22,007 nucleotides of DNA, taken from assembly GCA_029004355.1 (NCBI GenBank), contig JAQURV010000016.1:1-22007 (forward strand), in the 5' to 3' direction. Each line of letters opens with the position of its first letter. Position 1 is the stretch's first letter. The stretch is from Candidatus Omnitrophota bacterium (lineage in GTDB: Bacteria; Omnitrophota; Gorgyraeia; 2-01-FULL-45-10). A program made the translations under genes and the position numbers. The notes below the pieces were generated by a model that had not been told where the DNA came from, ran no database searches, and saw nothing but the letters and a program-made list of their open reading frames with translations. Of this stretch, positions 15,261 to 22,007 are shown piece by piece.

Positions 15261-16967
15261 CTATTTATTGTCTAACGCTGCCAGGGTTTCATGGGCCTCC
15301 GGCCCCGGGTAACCGCATGCTATAGAATTTTTCAAAGCTTCTTTAGCTTCCTCCGGGCGCCCCGCCTCTTTTAAGGCTACCCCTAAATTATAGTATGCGC
15401 TTGGATCTTCAGGGCAAACTCTGACAGCGGCTTTAAACCACCTGATAGCTGATGGATGATCACCTGTTTTGCCTTCGATAAAACCAAGGTAGATATACGG
15501 GGTTACATACGACGGGTCGATCTTAATGGCGGAAAGGAGTTCTTTTTTGGCTAATTCCGTATTATTTGTTCTCAAAAGCGCGAGGCCCAGGTCGCCGGCA
15601 GATTGAGCTTTGTCGCGGGCATTGAAGGAAGGATCATCTTTGATCATATTGAATATTTCCCGGGCAATAGGCAGCGCCTTTTCAAATTCTCCGTTATTTA
15701 ACATGACTGTCAAAAGATTGATGCGGGGCCTTACGGCATAAGCTGGCGTATCTTGCACCGTCGCGGCAAACAGGGTATAGTCGTTTCGCCATACATTTAC
15801 TCTATGTTCAGATCTAACTCCGTAGCCTGTTAAAATAAATATAGCGACAGACGCCGCTGCTATTTTTGAAGTATGCTTTCTGAAAAATAATAGACCGGCA
15901 CCCATGGCAACCGCAAAACCGGCAATAGGCAAATATAGAAACCTTTCTGCCATATATTGTTTCATCGGGACAAGGTTAGATACGGGCAGAAGAAATATGA
16001 CGATCCAGCACAACCCGAACGATCCGACGGGCCACCGCTTGCGGCTTTTAAAAACAAGGGCGGCAAATAGCGCCAGGATGCCCGCGTACAGCCAAAGATG
16101 CCAGTCAATAAATGATTTTAAAGGCAGGATCCCCGAATAATCGGCAAGCAACCTCTGGGGATATGCTAATATTAACAGATATTTAACGCCTACTTTAAAC
16201 ATTGTCATCATTGCCGGTAAAAATCCGCCGTCCAAATAAACGGATTGGGCAGTATGCCCTATAAAACAATGCCTCCACGCCAGATAAGTAAGTCCGGCGA
16301 GAAAGAGATATAGATAGAGCCGCCATAAACGTTTAAAAGGATTGCCGCCGCAAATCAGTATATCATAAAGAAGAAACGCCGCAGGAAGGGCGATGGCTTG
16401 TTCTTTAGAGAGGCACGCCAAAAAATATAATGCCGCCAATATGATCATCTGCCTTATATTCAATGCGCGATGCCATCTTAGCCATAATAAAAAGGCTGTG
16501 AAGACGAAAAGTCCGGCCAATAAGTCATCGCGGCATTTTACCCAGGCGACAACCTCGCTTTGGGCCGGGTGGATCAGATAGACAAGCCCGGCAAAGAGAG
16601 AACTAAATTTTTCTTTCAGTAGTTCCTTCGCGATCAGAAATACCAGAAGCGCATTTAAGAGATGGAGTATCAGGTTGTGCAGGTGACACCAGCGCGGATC
16701 GAGATGGGAGATTTTAAAGTCGACAAGATAGGATATATTACGGATGGGCCTGAACACGCCAAAAGCGTGAGCGTACCCTTTACCGGCGCTTGTTGAAATA
16801 TCCGTAAAATATCCGGGTATGGATGTCCAGCTGTGAATGGCGTTATTTGAAACTATAAAGTATTCGTCGTCCCAAACGAATGAATGCCCAACTGTTTTAC
16901 CCCATACCAACGCGGATAATATCATGAAAATGACTGCTGGGTATACGACAAAGCGCGATTCTTTCAT
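15261..16967 (-). CDS. GT-C/PMT-like integral membrane protein with C-terminal TPR repeats (DUF1736/TMTC-like)
   Basis: About 11 TM helices in the first ~380 aa, with a 'WDDEYFIVSNNAIHSW' loop like PMT/ArnT-type glycosyltransferases. The C-terminus has 4-5 TPR motifs ('AYYNLGVALKEAGRPEEAKEAL'). Confidence 0.7.
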   Translation of the reverse strand: MKESRFVVYPAVIFMILSALVWGKTVGHSFVWDDEYFIVSNNAIHSWTSIPGYFTDISTSAGKGYAHAFGVFRPIRNISYLVDFKISHLDPRWCHLHNLILHLLNALLVFLIAKELLKEKFSSLFAGLVYLIHPAQSEVVAWVKCRDDLLAGLFVFTAFLLWLRWHRALNIRQMIILAALYFLACLSKEQAIALPAAFLLYDILICGGNPFKRLWRLYLYLFLAGLTYLAWRHCFIGHTAQSVYLDGGFLPAMMTMFKVGVKYLLILAYPQRLLADYSGILPLKSFIDWHLWLYAGILALFAALVFKSRKRWPVGSFGLCWIVIFLLPVSNLVPMKQYMAERFLYLPIAGFAVAMGAGLLFFRKHTSKIAAASVAIFILTGYGVRSEHRVNVWRNDYTLFAATVQDTPAYAVRPRINLLTVMLNNGEFEKALPIAREIFNMIKDDPSFNARDKAQSAGDLGLALLRTNNTELAKKELLSAIKIDPSYVTPYIYLGFIEGKTGDHPSAIRWFKAAVRVCPEDPSAYYNLGVALKEAGRPEEAKEALKNSIACGYPGPEAHETLAALDNK

Positions 16968-16974
16968 GCTGGTC

Positions 16975-17784
16975 TCAGAACGGGCTCTTGAATACCCCGC
17001 TCACGGCGTCTTTAGCTTTTGAGGCTGCTTCCGCGGCCTTCTGGGTCGTTTCGATGGCTGTCTTTGTCGCCTTTTGCGCCGTCTCGGAGGCCTGCGCGGT
17101 CATCTTCTGGGCGCTGGCAAGTGTCCCGGAAACCGAACCGCTCAAACCTTTGAGATCGAAATTGGCAAGGCCCGCTATGGAAGTGTTCATAAGGGCTTTT
17201 ACGACTATCAGGCTGACCAAAGTGTAGGGATTCGTTATGTTTGTATATTGCTCGTCTATATTGACATTGAATTCCTTTACGCTCGGTTCGCCGCCCCTGG
17301 AATAGTCCTTATAAACCACTTTGCCTATCTTTAAACGCAGCTTATCTATCTGTATCTCCGGGACTTTTCCGCCGGCCTTCTCCTGCGTCTTGCCGCCCGA
17401 TTTCTGGGCCTGCACGACCTTAAGCGAGTCGAGGTTCAGCTTGCCTTTTTCGTTTTTGACGACGGTGAATTCCCGCATATTTATGCGCGTTTCCGTCAAG
17501 TGGACCTTTCCTTTGAAGATGGCAGGCAGGTCATAATCTACATATATCTCCGGCATGTTGAGCATGTTCTTATCTTTGAAACCTGCGGGATTTAGTATGC
17601 GCAGGTTCCTTATGTCTACGAGGGTATTCAGCATCCCTATCCTGAATCCTCCGATCTTTAATTTCAGGCCGGTCACTATCTGCGTCCCGGATTCTACCGC
17701 TACCTTGATAACCAGGTCTTTGGCTATGCCCAAAATAAAGATAACTACCAATATCCCTACCGCTATAACCATCCACTTCTTCAT
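16975..17784 (-). CDS. Membrane-anchored hypothetical protein with a low-complexity C-terminal tail
   Basis: The true start is ATG 17784 ('MKKWMVIAVGILVVIFILGIA', N-terminal TM anchor) behind RBS GGGAGGTGG. The GTG at 17814 would read through the RBS. The C-terminal tail is rich in Ala/Thr/Gln/Lys. Confidence 0.5.
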   Translation of the reverse strand: MKKWMVIAVGILVVIFILGIAKDLVIKVAVESGTQIVTGLKLKIGGFRIGMLNTLVDIRNLRILNPAGFKDKNMLNMPEIYVDYDLPAIFKGKVHLTETRINMREFTVVKNEKGKLNLDSLKVVQAQKSGGKTQEKAGGKVPEIQIDKLRLKIGKVVYKDYSRGGEPSVKEFNVNIDEQYTNITNPYTLVSLIVVKALMNTSIAGLANFDLKGLSGSVSGTLASAQKMTAQASETAQKATKTAIETTQKAAEAASKAKDAVSGVFKSPF

Positions 17785-17814
17785 ATGCCACCTCCCGCTT
17801 ATCTTTATCCGCAC

Positions 17815-17838
17815 AAAAAAGCAGCCCTCGGGGCTGCT
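17815..17838 (-). terminator. Rho-independent terminator downstream of folE2
   Basis: The minus strand reads GCAGCCC-cga-GGGCTGC followed by TTTTTTgtg. That is a 7-bp GC-rich stem, a 3-nt loop and a U6 tract. It sits 60 nt past the FolE2 stop. Confidence 0.7.
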
Positions 17839-17897
17839 GTAATAATGCTATGTGTATATATCCTCTTCTTTCATATAAAGATATACCACCTATAAGC

Positions 17898-18680
17898 CTA
17901 TTCGCTGTAGCTTACGGACGGGATCCACATGCTCTTCTCTGTAGAGATCACGGTGCTGTAGGAGTGGAGCATACCAAAATTGGAGCAGCGGATCGAATAC
18001 CAGTTGATCGCGCTGTTATGCATCAATTCGTTCTTTATCTCGTCTGTCATGACCACGCTGGTCTTTTTTTCGGAATGTATCTTTTGAATGACAAAACCCT
18101 GGTCTTCTTTTGTTAAAAACGAATAGACGGGGACAAGCGCATGCTTATCTACGATCTTTACAAGATCTTCCGGATATATGTCCCGCTGAGATTCTACTTC
18201 GATCTCCGCTACGCTCAACTGGCCGAACAAGCCTCCCGCTCTCTCCGGATCGGAAACAGGATACGTGGTAATGGCCGGGACTTGCATTTTAAAAATGATC
18301 CTTGCCTTGTTTTCGACCGAAGAGATCTTGGCGGAGTAAGTGCACATATATCTTACCAGGCATTTTTCCCTGGAAACGGGGGTAAGTTTTTCTATAAAAT
18401 ACGGGTAATCGAAGTCGATCCTGATGGTCGATGCGTGCAGTTTTTTAAGATAGTCCTTTATATTCGTCTTCAGCGTCTTCGTCCCTATCCTGTCTCTGTG
18501 TTTATGGACTATTTCGATAAATCTATCTATCCACCCTGACTCGAACTCGTGCATTATGCGCGCGCTTATCGATATATTCGCTACGGTGAACTGGCCTTCC
18601 GCCTTTACTTTCGAAACGACTTTCATGGGAAAAGGCAGGTTCTTCATGCCTACATCTACGAGATATCTTTTTTCTTTCAT
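17898..18680 (-). CDS. folE2: GTP cyclohydrolase FolE2/MptA family (type IB)
   Basis: The N-terminal 'YLVDVGMKNLPFPMKV' fits the family's 'RVGVxxLxxPV' signature. About 260 aa. Cys/His are spaced as in FolE2 ('REKCLVRYMCTY'). The RBS AAGGAGA precedes the start. Confidence 0.55.
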   Translation of the reverse strand: MKEKRYLVDVGMKNLPFPMKVVSKVKAEGQFTVANISISARIMHEFESGWIDRFIEIVHKHRDRIGTKTLKTNIKDYLKKLHASTIRIDFDYPYFIEKLTPVSREKCLVRYMCTYSAKISSVENKARIIFKMQVPAITTYPVSDPERAGGLFGQLSVAEIEVESQRDIYPEDLVKIVDKHALVPVYSFLTKEDQGFVIQKIHSEKKTSVVMTDEIKNELMHNSAINWYSIRCSNFGMLHSYSTVISTEKSMWIPSVSYSE

Positions 18681-18684
18681 AATA

Positions 18685-19710
18685 TCATGTCTCCTTATCG
18701 TGTGCCAGCGCGATAGCCTTTTCGCTCAACATCTTCCATTTATCATATTGTAAATAAAGGCCTTTTATCTTCGAATTGCCTTTACTCAGGATCGTCCTGC
18801 CGTCCGTTTTTCTTATTTTTATTCTACTCTTAAATCCAAGAAAGTCAAGAAGATGGCATATTCTCAAAATGAGCGTTTTTGTGTTCTTTGCGTTATCTGC
18901 GGTGAAGACTATCGCATCTATGCCTCCCAGGACAGAGATAAACGCCCCTGTATATCTCGCGATATGATATTTCAATATTTCCGGCGCCTGATCGGGAAGG
19001 CAGTTTAGGCCGCTTCCCCTGGACAACAGATCGTTTATCCGCTCAAACGACATCCCTTCCGCGTTAAGCTGAAAAATGATCGTAGGGTCGATATCGCCGC
19101 ATGCGGTTTGCGACGGTATGCCCTCCACCGAGGTAAACCCTACCGTTGTCTCTACGGGGGCCCCGTTCTTTATGGCCGCTATATTGGCGGCGTTCCCCAG
19201 ATATACGGATATTACTTTTTGAACGCCCCTGCCAAATACCCGCCTGGCTTCCTCCCATGCCCGCTCGTGACATAGCCCATAACCTCCGTACCGCCTGACG
19301 CCTTTTTTACTCAGCTCATATGGTATAGCATAGGTGCTGGCCTTGTCGGGAAGACATATGAAAAAAGACGTATCGCAAAATAGCACGTGACGGTGGTCCG
19401 CGAATTCCATCGACAGGTATTTCGCCATCTTGTAGATAATACTATTATGCTCCGGCAGGAATCTAACGCACTTCTCCATCCTGGCCAGCGATCGGCCGGT
19501 CAATATGCTGACGGGTTTGTCTATCTCCTCTCCGCCGTTAGGCAATAGATAGCCGAAGAGGATCCTTTCGCCGTTATTTTCTTTCGCTATTTTCTGCCGG
19601 ACCTTATCAAAGCATGATCCGCCGAATATAATTCTATCGCGCGATGAACGCCCGTTCTTTACGGTACGCCATCGTATGAACGGCGGATCCGGTTCGAATA
19701 TTATTATCAT
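18685..19710 (-). CDS. Acetate-kinase-family paralog with degenerate catalytic residues (probable pseudo-kinase)
   Basis: Aligns to AckA via 'VKNGRSS' (cf. NCGSSS), 'RRYGGYGLCHE' (cf. KYGFHGxSH), 'VYLGNAANIAAIKNG', 'TACGDIDP' (Arg to Ala) and 'VLGGIDAIVFTA'. The 'FCDTSFF' segment replaces 'FDTAFH', losing the His. It is about 60 aa shorter than AckA. Its start overlaps the upstream ackA stop as ATGA. Confidence 0.7.
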   Translation of the reverse strand: MIIIFEPDPPFIRWRTVKNGRSSRDRIIFGGSCFDKVRQKIAKENNGERILFGYLLPNGGEEIDKPVSILTGRSLARMEKCVRFLPEHNSIIYKMAKYLSMEFADHRHVLFCDTSFFICLPDKASTYAIPYELSKKGVRRYGGYGLCHERAWEEARRVFGRGVQKVISVYLGNAANIAAIKNGAPVETTVGFTSVEGIPSQTACGDIDPTIIFQLNAEGMSFERINDLLSRGSGLNCLPDQAPEILKYHIARYTGAFISVLGGIDAIVFTADNAKNTKTLILRICHLLDFLGFKSRIKIRKTDGRTILSKGNSKIKGLYLQYDKWKMLSEKAIALAHDKET

Positions 19711-20912
19711 CTTTTTGCCTTTAACAGCTTCAGGCCCTCTAAACAGATGGCCAGTTCTTCCTCGGCAGGAATAGAGACTATCTTGACGCTGGCATTTTTC
19801 GCATTCAATACAGAGATGACATTGCCGACGGCCTTACGGTTCAGCCTTTTATCCAGAACTATACCGCACCATTCCATCTCCCGACACACCTTCTCTCTTA
19901 TAAGAGGGTTCCGGAGGCCTATATCGTCCGTGAATACCAGTGCGTCGATGCCCCCGAGTATCGTTATATAGCTGCCGATGTATTTTTTCAAACGGTGTAT
20001 ATACATCTCCAGGGCCAGCCCCGCCTGCTCCTCCTCTGTGGATATACGATGGATGATGTCGCGTATATCGCTTGAGAACCCGGATATCCCCAACAGTCCA
20101 CTGTCTTTGTTGAGCATATCCATAAGCTGGTCTGGCCTGTAGCCGTATGTCGCCATCAGATATATGGCGAGCATCGGGTCTATGTCCCCGCAGCGCGTGC
20201 TCATCATAAGCCCGGGCAGAGGCGAATAACCCATGGAATTGTCGAGTGATATGCCGCCGTTTATCGCGGCGACACTTGATCCTCCGGTCCCCAGGTGACA
20301 TGCCACCATCTTTACTTTTTCCGGCGGCCGTTTTAGTATCCCGGGAACGGTCTTGGCCACATACGAGTAAGAGAGTCCGTGAAAACCATATTTTCTGAAT
20401 CCGAATCTTTTTCTTATTTTTTCAGGCAGGGCATACGTATACGCGTAATACGGTATTGTTGAATGGAACGCGGTATCGAACGTCACATACTGTTTTATGC
20501 GGGGAAATCGTTTAGAGCACTCCCGCATCACTGCCAGCGTGACGGGGTTATGGATCGGCGCAAGCGGCAGGCATAGATACAGCTTATTTAAGACATTCCT
20601 GTCGATAAAGACCGATCTGCTGAAGTAGGCGCCGCCGTTCACGAACCGGTGGCCTATATAGTCTATGCCGATATCGCTCTCACTTAGGTGCCGCAATATC
20701 AGGATAGCCGCCTGGTCATGGCTCTTTATAGGCACTACATCTTTCCGTACGCTTTGCTGAAAACGATGCTCTATAAAGGACGGTTCTTTGCCTTTTACGC
20801 CTACCCTGTGGGCCTTTCCGGATATTATTTCCTTCTGATCTTTCGACGCGGCTATACCGAAGACGTTATATGTCAGCGATGAACTTCCGCAATTGAAGAC
20901 TAAGATATTCAA
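19707..20912 (-). CDS. ackA: Acetate (or propionate/butyrate) kinase, canonical
   Basis: 'ILVFNCGSSSL', 'GHRFVNGG', 'FDTAFHST', 'KYGFHGLSY', 'CHLGTGGSSVAAINGG', 'STRCGDIDP' and 'IPAEEELAI' are all conserved. The start is TTG, with GGAG 8-11 nt upstream. Confidence 0.85.
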   Translation of the reverse strand: MNILVFNCGSSSLTYNVFGIAASKDQKEIISGKAHRVGVKGKEPSFIEHRFQQSVRKDVVPIKSHDQAAILILRHLSESDIGIDYIGHRFVNGGAYFSRSVFIDRNVLNKLYLCLPLAPIHNPVTLAVMRECSKRFPRIKQYVTFDTAFHSTIPYYAYTYALPEKIRKRFGFRKYGFHGLSYSYVAKTVPGILKRPPEKVKMVACHLGTGGSSVAAINGGISLDNSMGYSPLPGLMMSTRCGDIDPMLAIYLMATYGYRPDQLMDMLNKDSGLLGISGFSSDIRDIIHRISTEEEQAGLALEMYIHRLKKYIGSYITILGGIDALVFTDDIGLRNPLIREKVCREMEWCGIVLDKRLNRKAVGNVISVLNAKNASVKIVSIPAEEELAICLEGLKLLKAKR

Positions 20913-20956
20913 TTTTATCTCCGGGGATCTGCCGGGTGTGAATTATTGCGTCGTAA

Positions 20957-21739
20957 CTAGTTAACGCCGAGAACCTGCATGAACATTTTCGGTTCTATGC
21001 GCCCGCTTCCGGTAAACGGAAAACCGAATGACAATATCGTAAGTAATATGAGCGCTATCGTCACGCCCAACGCGGAGGCCATTATCGCATGGTTAATAAA
21101 TTTATCCGAACCGAAAAAGAACGTAAAGCTTATGGTGGTCAGCGCGCCTACCAACAGGACGAACCATAATACGGGATGGACGCCCGTCCTTGAATCTATT
21201 ATCCGCAATCTTCTCATTTCGCGCAGGCCGTCAAGCTTATCTATAGATTCGGCGTAAAATATATTCTCCTTCTCTGATTTTGGTTCGTATTTTACGTAGA
21301 GCTCCCACATTTTTCTCAATGCCTCGCGCGCTTTCGCGTTCTCCTCGCCGCGGCTCAGGGATTCCCATTCCTCGAGTATAACGGTTTTCCCGTATTCTTT
21401 TATAACCGCGCGGGCTTCGGTCTCAAATGTTTTCCCAAACGCGGCGCTGGACCTGAAAATATCCACCAGGCAATTGGCTTCCGTTTCCGTGTGCGATACG
21501 GCCTTGTCATAATTTTGCCACGCTACGACCACCACAAAAGCCAGTAATACCGTATAGGCCAGCGCGATCGCCTGGAATATAGCGTTGGTCAGATCATTGT
21601 GCGACTTCAATATGTTGCGCGGGACGAACTTCCACACGAGCCAAAGCCCCACTATGGACAACGCTACCGCAAGAAAGACCATGATCATGCCCAGGGGGAT
21701 TATGGGTATGTAGAATAATATCTTTTGAGTGATCGGCAT
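20957..21739 (-). CDS. Integral membrane protein (DUF4239-like, 2+2 TM helices around a soluble middle region)
   Basis: Two N-terminal and two C-terminal hydrophobic helices flank a charged helical core. The strong RBS GAGGAGG precedes the start. The family assignment is from memory of the architecture only. Confidence 0.4.
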   Translation of the reverse strand: MPITQKILFYIPIIPLGMIMVFLAVALSIVGLWLVWKFVPRNILKSHNDLTNAIFQAIALAYTVLLAFVVVVAWQNYDKAVSHTETEANCLVDIFRSSAAFGKTFETEARAVIKEYGKTVILEEWESLSRGEENAKAREALRKMWELYVKYEPKSEKENIFYAESIDKLDGLREMRRLRIIDSRTGVHPVLWFVLLVGALTTISFTFFFGSDKFINHAIMASALGVTIALILLTILSFGFPFTGSGRIEPKMFMQVLGVN

Positions 21740-21757
21740 CGTTCCTCCTCGTATGTA

Positions 21758-22007
21758 CTAAAACGCGCAGGATAGCTGCGCCGTCAGGCCCAATTGATCG
21801 GACCATGCATGGACCCCGTCGGACCATGACATATCGGCGTCATCGTTGGGATCCCACCATCTATGCGTGCCCGCGGTCCTTATCCACAGGTAATCTATAC
21901 CAACGCCCAGCGTTACGGTTTTCGAAACGACCATGTCCAGCCCGGCCAAAAAGTAAAGAGAGTTGCCCATGGTATTCTCATATGTGAACCTGTTCCCGCG
22001 CAGCAGA
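21758..22007 (-). CDS. C-terminal fragment of a probable outer-membrane beta-barrel protein (runs off window end)
   Basis: The reading frame is open from the window edge and ends '...LGLTAQLSCAF' with a C-terminal Phe. It has alternating hydrophobic beta-strand-like segments ('VTLGVGIDYLWIRTAG') and is Trp/Asp-rich. Confidence 0.4.
   Translation of the reverse strand, partial: LLRGNRFTYENTMGNSLYFLAGLDMVVSKTVTLGVGIDYLWIRTAGTHRWWDPNDDADMSWSDGVHAWSDQLGLTAQLSCAF

Noticed and set aside
1-22007. CRISPR arrays, tRNA/rRNA genes, transposases, integrases and terminal inverted repeats
   Set aside because: No spaced direct repeats, no cloverleaf-compatible intergenic segments (all gaps are under 170 nt and were inspected), and no transposase- or integrase-like ORFs were seen.

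Overview
The window is 22 kb of a bacterial chromosome, probably from an anaerobic, uncultivated lineage, with no rRNA, tRNA, CRISPR or mobile-element signatures. Positions 1-4045 on the + strand encode a three-protein phosphorelay: a 5'-truncated HAMP-GAF-PAS-PAS histidine kinase, a REC-REC protein and a REC-HisKA-HATPase hybrid. From 4042 to the window end all 22 genes are on the minus strand with short gaps or ATGA/TAGATG-type overlaps, so they are listed below in transcription order. An SPFH/flotillin gene is convergent with the phosphorelay. The centrepiece is a tightly coupled 7-gene operon at 5386-9982: a DUF134 Cys-rich DNA-binding protein, an ArsP-like permease with a CSCS motif, a small TIGR00412-like thioredoxin (CHRC), a secreted CVNC thioredoxin/glutaredoxin-fold protein, a CcdA/DsbD membrane thiol transporter, the arsenite methyltransferase ArsM and an ACR3 arsenite pump. 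It is driven by a near-consensus sigma70 promoter whose +1 region is covered by a perfect 20-bp palindrome at 9931-9950, and it contains no ArsR and no ArsC. Immediately upstream lie a cobalamin-dependent (class B) radical SAM enzyme, a Tyr-rich secreted protein, a secreted CGWC thioredoxin translationally abutted to a BASS/BART-family transporter, a small membrane protein, a CxxC-less redoxin-fold periplasmic protein and an Isf-type iron-sulfur flavoprotein. Two extended -10 promoters sit upstream of the Isf gene. Further upstream are a GT-C/PMT-like membrane protein with TPR repeats, a membrane-anchored hypothetical, FolE2 followed by a clean rho-independent terminator, and a tandem acetate kinase pair in which the second copy has lost the catalytic Arg and His and so looks like a pseudo-kinase. 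A DUF4239-like membrane protein and a partial outer-membrane-protein C-terminus close the window. The most novel candidate is the arsenic/thiol-redox operon with a DUF134 protein and palindromic operator in place of ArsR, physically linked to a B12-radical SAM enzyme and an extended periplasmic redox/transport module.
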